A stretch of 64,000 nt of DNA, from the NCBI GenBank assembly GCA_000004985.1, contig GG738873.1, one strand, 5' to 3'. The stretch comes from Naegleria gruberi. Taxonomy: Eukaryota. Below the pieces are notes generated by a model. It was not told where the DNA came from and did no database searches. It saw nothing but the letters and a program-made list of their open reading frames with translations. A program made the translations under genes and the position numbers. Shown here piece after piece: positions 23,333-35,000 of this stretch. Every line of letters begins with the position of its first letter. The stretch's first letter is position 1.

Positions 23333-26300
23333 TTAGTGAAGGAAAAGAGTAACTATAAGTACAAACAATAATGCTATAATATTACAATAGTAAGACAAGC
23401 TAGCTTGAGAGATGATTGTTTTCTGCTTGACCAAAGTTGTGAGTGTGTAGGCACCAGTACTGCTAATATCTGCAACAACAGAATCTTTAACAAAGGTTCC
23501 AACAGTACATCCAGAATCTGTACTGAACACATCCTTGCTATCGTCATACTTTTTACAGATGAGCTCTGTATTTTGAGGAAGGGAAGTTTCATTCTTCAAA
23601 GTTTGCATTCTCAATTTTACAAGGTTGGTATTTGAAAGCTTGAATGGAGAATAGCTATTTTCTGGAACAATGTTAAACTCAATTACCTTGGTGAACATAT
23701 CAAAGTCAGAGCCGAGAGAGAATTTAGAGACAGCATTTCTCTTGTCATAGATCATAAATCTTAAACTGGCGGATGCAACGTTTGGAATCAACTTGGAGAA
23801 TGTAGAGGAGAGTGTGATGGTATTTGAATTGTAGAGAATGTCATAGAAATTATTCATACTTGGGGAGGAGAGCTTTCTACTATATCCAACAACTCCATTA
23901 CCAATCACAACAGAGGCAGGCATATCTGGAGCATTATTCTTTGTTGAGGCTGCTACAATATTAGTGTAAGTAACGCCTAAATTCTTTAAATCATCATCAG
24001 TGAACAAATTCAGAGATCTTCTACGAGTTGATACATATCCAGAAAGAGCATTAGTGGCAGCAATAACACTAGAAATAGTGTTTAAGTCAAAGTTAACACT
24101 TTTAACAGAGGCTACAGTCTCAGTCGTAGATGCAAGTGTGGAAATGATAAGAGAGGTTGTCTTATCTGTAATAAAACCTCCAGTGACAGCTGGAATAGCA
24201 TTTGAAATAACAGAAGCTGTTGAGATTGCAGAGTCGCTTGTTTCCGGAACGAGACTACTTTGAGAGGATTTGGTGGAGATTACAGCCGAAACTAAATTAT
24301 TGGCTGCTTGTGAAATCTTCTCCTTTTGAGTTGCATCCAGAGAAGAGCTTGTTACAGATCCAATTACCAATAATGCATTTGATGCATCAGTGGAGGAGAT
24401 GGTGGCAACTTGTGAGCTGATAGAGCTCAAAACTTTGAATGTTTGCTCGACTGACAAGTTTTCCACTTTAACCTGCAGGATAGATTCTGTTGAGGCACCT
24501 TTGGCATCTGAAACAACAACCTTAACTGGCACCTTGTAAGAATTTGAAGAAGATCCAGAGGCCAGTCTCACACGAATTGATTTCAAATCAACAACTTTTT
24601 CCGATAGAGGTTTCCAATAGGTGCCATCATTGAAGAAGTATTGATAAGAAAGAGGGGCTTGAGGATCATTCCATCCGTTACCACACTTTAAATCAAATTC
24701 GTCCAAAGAGTAGCCACTTTGTGGGAAAACCTCAAATACACCTCTAGTTGGTGGGAAATTGACAGTGAAAGAGATTGATGCAGAACCATTCTTATTTCCA
24801 TCAGTAATCAACAAATCAAGAGAAATTGTTAAACCTGGAACAAGACTACTCTTTGGAATGATAATATAACTGAGACTTGTCTCCAAATTTGTTAAATCAA
24901 GGTTAGAAGATGTCCATTTGTATGATGGGTTGGATAAGGAATCCAAAAGGTTAGAGTTGAAAATTACATCCTGACTGCTGTCAACTGCCGATAAGTCAAT
25001 ACTTTGAGAAATACCTTGAGGCTTGGCAGAAATAGAAGCCTTGATAATCTTATCCTTTGAATCTGATAAAATTGTAACCAATAACACCTTTTGAATGCTT
25101 CTTGAACCTTTAGAGTAGGTTGCAGTGAAAGAATATTTTCCTGGCTGAAGGAGTTGACTGAATGGAGAACTCACAGAACCACAACCAGTATTGGTGGAAA
25201 TCTTAAAACATGCAATTGTGAGTGAATCAGAATCAGAGGTTGCACTTGGATCATTCTTAACAGCAGAAAACGAAACAAGTTCGTCGTAACCTTGAGAGAA
25301 GTCGGTTACATTGAAAGATAATTCTAATGGTTGACTAATTGCCTTTACAAGGAAAATTACACTAGTTTCAAGAGCTTGATCGGCAGTAACGGTTGCCTTA
25401 AAATAATAATTTCCTTCCTTCTTAATTGAAGTATAGCCAGAGCCAAAAATGAGCATTCTATTACTTGTGGAAAGTTTGAGAGAGGTGTCTACAGAGTTCA
25501 ACTCAACTGAGTAGCTAACTTTCAGCAAGCTAGAATTTCCGCTGTAACATGATGGGAAAGTGATAGATGGGACAATAATGGAAGAGCCTCCAATTAACAC
25601 TTGAACTTCTTCTGGAATATTTATGAATGGAACAACTGTAGTAACAACAGAGAAGGACAGAGTTTGATTGGAAGAATAACCAAATTGATTTGTAACCTTA
25701 ACTACAACTGAGTAACTTCCAACATTGAGTGCATTTGCTTGTATTGTAACAACAGATGTTTTAAGAGAATTGATCATATTGTTCAAAGTGGCAGAAGATG
25801 ATGACCAAGAATAGGTCAAAGCTCTTCTATCAGAAGATGAAGATGAGGAAGCGTCAAAAGATACCTTATCACATGTTGAAACAATGGACTTATCAGACTT
25901 CAATACAGCATCTGGCGGATTAGAAACAAGTGAACCAGTGGAAACAATCACACTAACAAAATTAGTTTTCTTTAGCAAATCAGAATAGAACATTAAGGTA
26001 CTTCCAGGAACAATTGTTGTACTTGAGCCTAAAATTATTTGGAATGAATTTTCAGAACTGGTATAAAGACAAGAAGCATCACTACCACCAATCAATGGAA
26101 GACTCTCTGCTGCAATGAAATAAGAGCATTCAAACTTTGTACTTATTGGAGAGTAAACTGTACCAGTAATTACATCTCCGTTCTTATTGAAGGAGAAAGA
26201 AGAAACACTCACAGAATAGTCACAATTTTCTCCATACCAACCAGTTTGACAAGATGAACAAGTTTTTCCAGAGAAATGACCAGAGCAAACACATTCTCCC

Positions 26301-28360
26301 ATAGAATTACAATTTCCATGAGATGAGCAATTACGGGCAGGAGTACAAACATTATCGCAATTAGATCCAAAATATCCTGCTGTACAGTTTGTGCAAAACT
26401 CGCCCGAAAAATTATCAGAGCAAATACAATTCTTATTGCTGCCACAAGTTCCTCTTCCATTACATGTTTTTTCAGCACTGCATGCTGCTTCTGTGCAATT
26501 AACCCCTGAAAAGCTTGGATTACATTCAGTACATTGTGAATTTCCATTCCAGTTGGAAAGGCAAGAGCAAGTATCTACAGCAGTGCAAGAACCATGGCCT
26601 CCACAAACGCTAGATGAACTCTTGCTGATTCCATAGCATTTGAATGAATTGCATGTTTCACCTTCGAATCCAGTTTTACATTTACATTGATTTGGAGAAA
26701 TACATTCACCTTGACCACTGCAAACATTCTTATCACTTGATGGAATATCAAAACACAGAGGAACTGCACAATTAGAGCCATAATAACCAAATACACAAAC
26801 ACATCCAGAATCTGTGCAATTTCCTTTAGAGTTGCAAACACTAGAATTATCAGAGCTAATCCCATTACACACATATTTTGGAGCTGATGGGGATGAATTA
26901 TTGTTTGAGTTAGTGCTATTTTGTGGAATTGTTGAATTTTCATAAGTTGAGCTGTTTGTTATTACTGTGCTGTTGTTGACAGTCGTATTAGAGTTATTAG
27001 AGCTATTGTATACATTAGTATTATTTTGAATTACTGTTGAGTTATCTTGGATTGTATTGTTCCCATTGGTTGTGCTATTGGAAGAATTTGTGCTATTAGA
27101 TGTAGAATTTCCTGATGAGGTATTGGTAGAATTGTCAATGCTTGTATTATTCCAAGTGGTACTATTGTCTGAAACTACAGGATTGACTGGATTAGTGGTA
27201 TTGCTGTTATCTGAAACGTTGTGATGTACAGTGTTGTTATTAGAAATATCAGTATTGTTGGTCAATGTACCATTTCCATTTAAGGTACTATTATTGGTGG
27301 TTGCAGAGTTGTTTGAGGAAGTCAAACATGTGCTACCCGAGAATCCATCATTACAGACACAAGTATTAAAATCAGTACATGCCCCATTTCCATTACACAC
27401 TTGGCTACTAGTACTTGCTACCCCAAAACATGAGGTCACATTACAAGAAGCTCCTGTAAACTTGGAAACTTTCAAACCCATTCCTGATACATCAAAGGAA
27501 AGAGGGCCACCAACTGCAATAATAATACTCCATTGCTTGATGAAAATACCAACCTTGTCATAAACTGTTGTTGTTGGAACTGTTCCATAGTGAATCCAAT
27601 CAGTTCCAGTGGCAGTCTTGTAATAAAACTTGTAACCTAATGGATTCTTTCTAACAAGAAGAGGTGCATGAGTTTGAGAAGATGAAAATGTGAAGGGACC
27701 ATCTGAATAGTGATTAATCAAATCTTCAGGGAGAACATCACAATACTTTTCATTATTGACAGCTATTGTCAACTTTGATGTATCGGTTGGACCACTTCCA
27801 ATGAAATAGTTGGCATTATTTGGATTGAGGCTATTATTTCTCCATACAACCACACCAATATGAGTTAGGCCTCCTCTAGCTTTCATGTCAATAACAGCTT
27901 CATAGGACCATTCATTGAAAATGCTTCCATCTACATTTCTTGGTACATCATTAAGGATTAATTCACCTTCCATTCTGTTACACCACCACATATCTTGTGC
28001 CTTATTCTTAGTTGAAATCGATATGTTTGGATAATTTCCTTGAATCCTATTCATTTCATAACTATTGAACAATGTGTTTGGGCTTGGATCATAGAATCTC
28101 ACTCCCCAACCAGAATCAAAGTTTTGAAGATAATCGACAGCTTGAGATGAATTTGTTCCCATACAAGAACAAACATCTTGAGAAATACACGATCCCCTTC
28201 CTGAGCAAACACTTGAATTGGAGGCTGCAATACCATAACATGAAATCTCTGTCGATTCAACAACCTTAATATTATTGAATATAATAAAGCCAAGAAGGAT
28301 ATTTAGCAAGGTCACGAAGTTAAATAATAACCTAAAAGAACCAGTTATTCTTCCCTTCAT
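23333..28360 (-). CDS. Giant surface glycoprotein with tenascin-type EGF-like repeats, an N-glycan-rich low-complexity region, repeated Ig/PKD-like modules and a C-terminal hydrophobic anchor
   Basis: Complete 1675-aa ORF with a signal peptide. It carries multiple 'C..S...VCSG.G.C....C.C..G..G..C' modules (CYGIAASNSSVCSGRGSC, CNGNGACTDFNTCVCNDGFSGSTC, CSGQGECISPNQCKCKTGFEGETC and others). A ~150-aa N/S/T-rich tract (~26880-27320) holds dozens of N-x-S/T sequons. A C-terminal TM/anchor segment YYCNIIALLFVLIVTLFLH is present. Confidence 0.65.
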   Translation of the reverse strand: MKGRITGSFRLLFNFVTLLNILLGFIIFNNIKVVESTEISCYGIAASNSSVCSGRGSCISQDVCSCMGTNSSQAVDYLQNFDSGWGVRFYDPSPNTLFNSYEMNRIQGNYPNISISTKNKAQDMWWCNRMEGELILNDVPRNVDGSIFNEWSYEAVIDMKARGGLTHIGVVVWRNNSLNPNNANYFIGSGPTDTSKLTIAVNNEKYCDVLPEDLINHYSDGPFTFSSSQTHAPLLVRKNPLGYKFYYKTATGTDWIHYGTVPTTTVYDKVGIFIKQWSIIIAVGGPLSFDVSGMGLKVSKFTGASCNVTSCFGVASTSSQVCNGNGACTDFNTCVCNDGFSGSTCLTSSNNSATTNNSTLNGNGTLTNNTDISNNNTVHHNVSDNSNTTNPVNPVVSDNSTTWNNTSIDNSTNTSSGNSTSNSTNSSNSTTNGNNTIQDNSTVIQNNTNVYNSSNNSNTTVNNSTVITNSSTYENSTIPQNSTNSNNNSSPSAPKYVCNGISSDNSSVCNSKGNCTDSGCVCVFGYYGSNCAVPLCFDIPSSDKNVCSGQGECISPNQCKCKTGFEGETCNSFKCYGISKSSSSVCGGHGSCTAVDTCSCLSNWNGNSQCTECNPSFSGVNCTEAACSAEKTCNGRGTCGSNKNCICSDNFSGEFCTNCTAGYFGSNCDNVCTPARNCSSHGNCNSMGECVCSGHFSGKTCSSCQTGWYGENCDYSVSVSSFSFNKNGDVITGTVYSPISTKFECSYFIAAESLPLIGGSDASCLYTSSENSFQIILGSSTTIVPGSTLMFYSDLLKKTNFVSVIVSTGSLVSNPPDAVLKSDKSIVSTCDKVSFDASSSSSSDRRALTYSWSSSSATLNNMINSLKTSVVTIQANALNVGSYSVVVKVTNQFGYSSNQTLSFSVVTTVVPFINIPEEVQVLIGGSSIIVPSITFPSCYSGNSSLLKVSYSVELNSVDTSLKLSTSNRMLIFGSGYTSIKKEGNYYFKATVTADQALETSVIFLVKAISQPLELSFNVTDFSQGYDELVSFSAVKNDPSATSDSDSLTIACFKISTNTGCGSVSSPFSQLLQPGKYSFTATYSKGSRSIQKVLLVTILSDSKDKIIKASISAKPQGISQSIDLSAVDSSQDVIFNSNLLDSLSNPSYKWTSSNLDLTNLETSLSYIIIPKSSLVPGLTISLDLLITDGNKNGSASISFTVNFPPTRGVFEVFPQSGYSLDEFDLKCGNGWNDPQAPLSYQYFFNDGTYWKPLSEKVVDLKSIRVRLASGSSSNSYKVPVKVVVSDAKGASTESILQVKVENLSVEQTFKVLSSISSQVATISSTDASNALLVIGSVTSSSLDATQKEKISQAANNLVSAVISTKSSQSSLVPETSDSAISTASVISNAIPAVTGGFITDKTTSLIISTLASTTETVASVKSVNFDLNTISSVIAATNALSGYVSTRRRSLNLFTDDDLKNLGVTYTNIVAASTKNNAPDMPASVVIGNGVVGYSRKLSSPSMNNFYDILYNSNTITLSSTFSKLIPNVASASLRFMIYDKRNAVSKFSLGSDFDMFTKVIEFNIVPENSYSPFKLSNTNLVKLRMQTLKNETSLPQNTELICKKYDDSKDVFSTDSGCTVGTFVKDSVVADISSTGAYTLTTLVKQKTIISQASLSYYCNIIALLFVLIVTLFLH

Positions 28361-28684
28361 GATGATGAATATGTATTAATCTTGAGGGTATTTTTTACTT
28401 TTTTCTGGTTGTTATGATGACGCCTTAACGTTCATTGGTGGGAAACGAGAGAGAGGAACTCTTCATAAGAACCGGAATTATTTAACATGTTTGTAAAATG
28501 GTAAACAATTAAGGGTGGGCGAAGAGGTTTTATCATACGCACTTCATTGTGAGAATCTTTTTAATGGCATGCAATCATGATATATTATAAATAATAGTTA
28601 CTTTTGTTTTTATTTGCCTTATACTATATAATATATTAAATACTACCACTCTCACAATTATACATTCCGAACCAAATGGAAGAA

Positions 28685-29242
28685 TTACAAATCATCATTA
28701 TTTAATTGTGAATATTGTGATGGTGATGAAGAACCTCTTGAACGAGCAGTTACAATAATTCTATTCAATCCACAACAACAAAGAGGCAATAAACAGAACA
28801 ATAAAATAGCTCCACTAGCTCCAATCCAAGATCCGATAATAATCTTTTGATTTGTTGACTCCTCAGTGTTACTGTTAGGCTTCTTGATATTCTCACTCAG
28901 AGCCAATGAATAAATAACAATCAGTGCAATGGTTGCTCCCATCGAAATTAAAATCCAAATCATCCAATGGAAAGCACAACCAAGTAAATATTTGGAGAGT
29001 TTTCCTGGTTCATTTCCGAAACAGTCAATCACAGAAGCAACACCAACTACTCCAGTCAAGATGAAAACAGAGAGTGCAACATAGGTGAGAATGGTGAAGG
29101 CAAGTTCTCCACCTTCTGGGTGATAGCCATCTTTCACTTGGAGAACAATTTGAGCAATTAGATAACCCAATGATGGGAGTAAAAGACCGATTGAGCCTAT
29201 CAGTGTGCAAATGATGGATGCTGCAGAGGAAGAGACGGCCAT
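28685..29242 (-). CDS. Small four-transmembrane membrane protein, hypothetical
   Basis: 185-aa ORF with four predicted hydrophobic helices and a CCCG motif in the last helix. Family not recognised. Confidence 0.45.
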   Translation of the reverse strand: MAVSSSAASIICTLIGSIGLLLPSLGYLIAQIVLQVKDGYHPEGGELAFTILTYVALSVFILTGVVGVASVIDCFGNEPGKLSKYLLGCAFHWMIWILISMGATIALIVIYSLALSENIKKPNSNTEESTNQKIIIGSWIGASGAILLFCLLPLCCCGLNRIIVTARSRGSSSPSQYSQLNNDDL

Positions 29243-29514
29243 ATTGTGTTTTTAATTTTTTGATTGTGAAAATAATTGGCTGTCAGATGTTATGATTATC
29301 ATAATCGCAACGAACTTCTTGTAGAGATATTCTTTGAAAAATCCTGCTATTATTAACATAATCGCACTTTTGAGGCATGTAACAATTAAAGAATTTGTAA
29401 AACATTTAATTATTATTTATTGGAATTCTTCTAAAGGTTTAGTTTTGCATTTGGTGTTTATTAGTTTTGCAACAGTCAACAGAACTGGAATGGAACTCAT
29501 CATTCACAGTAATA

Positions 29515-30672
29515 TTACAATGAATATTGACTACAGATTGGCTCACAAAAATCAATAAATGATTTTTGAAGGATCTTATTATTGGCAACTGCACTTGGAT
29601 TCACTGGACGGCAATCATCAAAATAGCTACCAGAGATGGATTTAACATCTGGGGAGCATGCCAAATGAATAGTGTTTTGAGATCCTTGTTTAACATTCTT
29701 GAAGAATAATAATTCAGGAATTCCCAAAAGCAAATTAATATAGAGTGGGGCCTCCCTTGTAAGCTGACTGGAAATGGCTCCAGGATGACAACAATTAATG
29801 GTTACCTTACAATTAGGAGTATTCTTAATTCTCTCATTAAAGTGATAGGTTTGATAAATGTTGAACAATTTGGACATGCCATATTGCTTGTTGGTATCTA
29901 GAAGGTTCATTGTGGAAAATCTTTTGGTTGGTTTGATTACTCGATCTCCCATTGTGTAGGTATTTTGTTCCTTATCGAAAAAGTCAGCATCACTAACAAA
30001 TGAATGAGCCAATGAGGCAACAATTACAATTCTTGCACCATTTGGATTGCTATTCAAATTGTTCCACAATAGCTCAATCAGTAAGTGATGTCCCAAGGCA
30101 TTTGATTGAAACATTTCCTCATATCCTTGCTTGGAAAATCTCAATCCAAGTGCAACACATCCAGCATTATTAATCAACAAATCCAAAACCTTTCCCATTT
30201 GAAGAAATTCCTTAGCACATTCTCTAACACTTTCCAAATCATTGAGATCCAATCGGATGAAATTCAATGAACCTCCTTCTAATCTCTTCTCTCCAACAGT
30301 GTCTTGAATTTGTCTGATTACTTGTTTGGTTTTTTCTGCATTTCTACATGCCAAGTAGACACAAGCTCCCTGTCTGTACAATACTTGTGCAGTGTAAACT
30401 CCGATACCAGAAGTTGCTCCACTGTGATCATCAAATGATCATACATTATAATAACTGTTATTAAATAATCAATATATTACTGTATAAACTCACGTAATCA
30501 TAACAAGCTTTCCTCTCATGTCAACTTGTTCACCATTTGTTGAAACACCATTCACTACAAAATATTTAAGAGCAGAGTAGGAGGCCAACAGGGCAAGTGA
30601 TGAACTGAGCGCGATAGGATGTTGAGTCCACAATGATTGAATGGAGGAGGTGAGAGTTTCAAGTAGGGACAT
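29515..30672 (-). CDS. Short-chain dehydrogenase/reductase (retinol dehydrogenase-like); 2 exons: 30672-30494, 30421-29515
   Basis: Exon 1 ends ..GKLVMIT and exon 2 begins GATSGIGVYTAQVL, which rebuilds the Rossmann TGxxxGIG motif across a 72-nt GTGAGT..CAG intron. The NNAG motif and the catalytic YGMSK (YxxxK) are present. An N-terminal hydrophobic anchor is present. Confidence 0.8.
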
Positions 30673-30767
30673 TTTTTTCTGATTGGTTGACTTGCTATTG
30701 CGCTAGCATTAATATTGAGGACTATTATTGGCAAAATATGATATCGGTAGTGGTCAATAGTAAAATT

Positions 30768-30859
30768 TGATGAGAGTGGGATTTGAACCCACGCCCTTGC
30801 GGAACACGGCATTAAATCATACCTTAACGTGTCGTCTTAGACCACTCGACCATCTCACC
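30768..30859 (-). tRNA. tRNA-Leu(AAG), class II, with a 12-nt intron
   Basis: Minus-strand sequence GGTGAGATGGTCGAGTGGTCTAAGACGACACGTTAAGG[TATGATTTAATG]CCGTGTTCCGCAAGGGCGTGGGTTCAAATCCCACTCTCATCA. The 7-bp acceptor stem has one G-U pair. The D-arm is of Leu/Ser type. The anticodon loop UUAAGG(C) gives anticodon AAG, and the intron sits after position 37. A long variable arm and the T-arm GTGGGTTCAAATCCCAC follow, with discriminator A and no encoded CCA. Confidence 0.8.
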
Positions 30860-31016
30860 CTTATTGATGTGGATTAAGGCACTTTTATCGTTCACAAATC
30901 ACTAAATTTATTTTTAATTATTCCTTTCTTAATTTTTCTAATTATTAATTATTCCCTTTCTTATTTATTTTATTAATTATTTAATTAATGTTATAAATTT
31001 TATTAATTTTAAAAAA

Positions 31017-32054
31017 ATGGGTCAAGGATCAAGTCAATCAACACCTCGTCTCGAAGACATTCTCACCTCTCCCTCACAATGGTTCTACTTTCGTGATTAT
31101 CAGGCTCATGCAACATGTTCTGAAAAGATTCGCCTCTATAAAGAGTTGAACAAACTTGTTGATTTACGAAGTGGTGTTGATGGTGATGAAGAGTTTCATG
31201 ATGATGGTTCCGACGCACATAAAACATATCATAACAAATCTGTAAATAATTTATCATCGGAGGAGAAGAGAAAAAGTAATCAAAAATATGAACAATTGAA
31301 GGATTTAATGTTAGAGAATGCATGTGTAATGTGTCAGACATTTTCGGGAAGGATTGAGGAAGTGGAGAATGAAAATAAGTTGAGAGAATGTTTTGGTGAT
31401 GAATTGGTGGATTGGAGTCAAATGAAGAAGAGGAATAATGAGGAAAAATTTAATGAAGAGGAACAATTGTTGAGTTTACCAATTTTACCTTTGGATTATG
31501 ATAGATTATTATATTGTTTTCAAAGTAATAATGCAACGATACCAATGTTTGATGCATTGGCCAAGCACAAATCATTCCTGACACAGAGAGGATCTTTACG
31601 AGAATTATTTCCACACATTACCAATAATTTGAGAGAACAAAGGCCTATTGCTGAATTATTTTCGATTAAGAATACACCAGAACATAACTTTTCATTGTTG
31701 AAAGACTTGTCTAATAAGCAAGCTTCTAAAGAATTTCAAGTTTTAGATAGTTGTATCAACAAGTCAGAAGCTCAGGTCAATCCAAACAGTACAAGCTGTT
31801 TGGGTGAAGCTTTAATTTATTCACATGCAGTCACACCAAAATTTTGCCAGAGACAAATTAGAGATTGTCTCGAGCGAAAGATTCCTTCGTTCGTTGTCAA
31901 TGGTTTGGATGATGATGAAGCTTGGGAACACTTGTCAGTCATTGACTATACACAATGTTTGTTGAATAGGTCTAAGAGTATGACCTTAAATGAGGCTCAT
32001 GAATGTTTCGATAATGTGATGGATTTTATGGGTGAACAAATATTGAAAGAGTAA
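31017..32054 (+). CDS. Hypothetical protein with an N-myristoylation-type start (MGQGSS)
   Basis: Complete 345-aa ORF. The ATG is preceded by a long A/T run. No domain recognised. Confidence 0.45.
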   Translation: MGQGSSQSTPRLEDILTSPSQWFYFRDYQAHATCSEKIRLYKELNKLVDLRSGVDGDEEFHDDGSDAHKTYHNKSVNNLSSEEKRKSNQKYEQLKDLMLENACVMCQTFSGRIEEVENENKLRECFGDELVDWSQMKKRNNEEKFNEEEQLLSLPILPLDYDRLLYCFQSNNATIPMFDALAKHKSFLTQRGSLRELFPHITNNLREQRPIAELFSIKNTPEHNFSLLKDLSNKQASKEFQVLDSCINKSEAQVNPNSTSCLGEALIYSHAVTPKFCQRQIRDCLERKIPSFVVNGLDDDEAWEHLSVIDYTQCLLNRSKSMTLNEAHECFDNVMDFMGEQILKE

Positions 32055-32092
32055 ATATTAATTTCACAAACATTTCCATCACTAAATGTAGT

Positions 32093-35000
32093 TTATTTGA
32101 ATAATTGAACAGTTGTCATTTCTCTGGTGGCTTGAACTTGCTTGATAATTCTAAATTCCTCTGTCAAAACAAATCTAGAATAGGTATCCATCAAATTGTA
32201 AACAATATCCGTCATTAGATCCATAATAACCTCATTGGTGGCAGTCTTTAACTCGGCAACTTCGCTTCCATTGAGAGTATTAATGTTAGTATTGAGAAGA
32301 GTATTGTGGAGAATCAAGTACTTTCTTCTCGTGATTGAATTGATATTGACAGACATTTCAGAAGAGGAATCAATGTGAGTTTTGAAAAGTTCATCCATCT
32401 CTGTAACAACCCTGTCCCATTCCCCAATATTCGCATTTGAAGGAGAAATGACATCTGAAAAATCTTGCTTGAATTTTTCCAAACGAATCCAAATAATATA
32501 ATTCTCCAAACTCATCTCAGTTTTGGTGTATTGACGGAATAATTTCAACAAGTACTTGTTTTGTTTGAGAGTCAAAACCTCAAATTTTTCATCAAACTCT
32601 TGGAAGGCATTGGCTTGCTTTTTAGTGAACCATCCTCCCTTAGTAAATTCAGTCTTGAGAGCCCAAACAACAACAAATCCACCAAATGCAATAATCAAAC
32701 AAATAGTCATTAAAGTTTCAAACAAGAATATAACACTATCCATCATGTCAACTATGTCGTTATTGGTAGAGTCGCCAGAGAATCTCAAACTCAAAGTTGA
32801 AAAACCAACCAAGTAAGAAACTATAAAGAAAAGCATTGCTGCCAAATAAAAGATAACCTCCGTTCTGAACATTAGTACATCATTTGAAATGAATGTTTTG
32901 AAAATGGATCCTAGTAATCTACCTCCTTTTGCAAGCTCCTGAGAAAAATTATTCTTGACGAGTGCTTGTTGGGAATTAGCAGTTGAAGAATCGATTACTA
33001 ATGAATTCATTTCCTCAGCAATATCAACAACTTCATCTGACATTTGTTTGTTTGACTTTTCGAGAACTAGATCAGTAACATAAATAGCAATAATCACCAT
33101 AGTCATTATTATCAACAAGATGAAAATAGATACCGTTGAAGCAGTTGAGAATTGAGCAGTGGTAAGTGAGCTATCTCCTCTTAAAATAACAAAAATGGAA
33201 AAGTAGATGAGAAAAAGTACTCCAGTAATTATGCTAGTAACGACAAGGACAGTCTGCTTTTTCAAAATATTCAGATACTTGACCATGGAATCCTTCTTGT
33301 TTGTTTCTATTGCTTTCATCATCCACTCATAAAAATACCTGTGAACTAGATATCTGAGTGACATTATCATGTAACACCAAATAGCAGCAGCTCTCATCGA
33401 TGTAGAAATGACAGTGCAAATAGAAACCATTAAATCCAATCTCAATGAAGGGAAATATGAGTAATGGAGCAGGATTGATTTGGAAAATATTCCAACAGCT
33501 AAATTTTCAATAAACAGAGAGGCAAGAGCCAAATGTGGGGTAATGTATCTGGACTTGACAGGTTGTTTCTTCCTTAATATAATTAACAACGCAAATATTA
33601 TGCCAATAACTACAAGAAATATGGAAGAAATGGCAATATTAGCAGTGGAGAGAGAATCATGAATACTCCTATCATTCCTCTTATAGGGAGCTTCTGAGAA
33701 ATCGATAAATGCTGAGAACCTTGTTGTGTGATCACAATAGCATGTCACCGTTCCATTACTGTATGAGGTACTACAACCGTTTTGAAGCCATTTCATTTCA
33801 GTTTCATTCCAATATCTACAGACATAGGTCTTGACAATCTCTGGGTTCGAAGAGTTACTGTTAAGTGTGGAATTGATTAAGGTTTCATTGATAGTCCCCT
33901 CATCAATGGTAAAAGTTAGGGTGATATTCTCAGATAGATTGTTGAGTGGAACATAGGTACCACTTACTAGGGTCTTGAATTGTAAAATTTTGGCACCAGG
34001 AAAAGAAATAGATTGATCAGTGAAAAACTGTTCAGGAGAGGATTCAAATCGAACAATGCCAAAACTAGTAGCAGAAGGTCCCAACGCAGCACCAATAGTA
34101 GAGGGAATAGCCACACTGTGAGAGGCATCAATAGGGCTACTTCCTCTATTCTCATCTAAAACAACGAGTACTACAAAGTTTTTCGTTTCAACTTTGACTG
34201 GTTCTTTTTTTCCCTCATTCTTATTGGAGATTGCAATAGCAGAGAGTGAGCTATCAATGGCCTTTTGCATTGTTTTCAATTCGAGTGACAATTCCACAAG
34301 GTTAGAGGCAATTAGTAATAAATTAGTGGAAATATTGTTGATGATGATGGTAGCCGAATGTAATTTTTTCAAAGTGTCTGAGAAATCATTCACTGTTTTG
34401 GAAATAGCTTCCTTGCCAGCTTCTGTGAGATAGTTAGTATAGACAGAGTCGGTAATAACCAATAGAGTTTGGGTTAAAAAGATACTCTGTTCAGTGGTAA
34501 TGTTTGAGGTCTTGTTTGTGAGGGTACTAGCTATAACCTCAATCAGTTCTGTCTTGTTGGTTACATTTTGTAGATTGTTAGCAATTTGATTAATAGATCC
34601 AATATCTAGCTCTTTAATCCTACTTGGATTATCCGTTACTTGTTTTAGAGAGAAAACTGATATTGACCTTGATTGAGAACTATTACCAACAATGATATCA
34701 TAGTTTCTATCAATAATTGTGGCTTCAATTGAATATTCTCCAACAGTTAGAAGTGGCAATTTCCAGGTTAGAGAGGTTGTGTTTTCAGAGTAGAAATAAT
34801 TGCCATTCCTAATTGTAAATGTTATAATCAAGGATTCCTTCTTATTGTAATAGGTTGTAAAATTAGAGTCTGCAAAGCTTAAAATAACATGAGTGTTGTT
34901 GGACTGAGTATCCAACATGGAGCTATCTGTCAATGAGAGGATTACGTTCTCACCAGCTATTAACAGTGCTCCACAATCAAAACCATCGCTATTAGAATTG

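Noticed and set aside
24000-28293. Numerous 60-120-aa ORFs on the plus strand (24000, 24220, 26391, 27231, 28072 and others)
   Set aside because: All are antisense shadows inside the 1675-codon surface glycoprotein gene. None has a motif.
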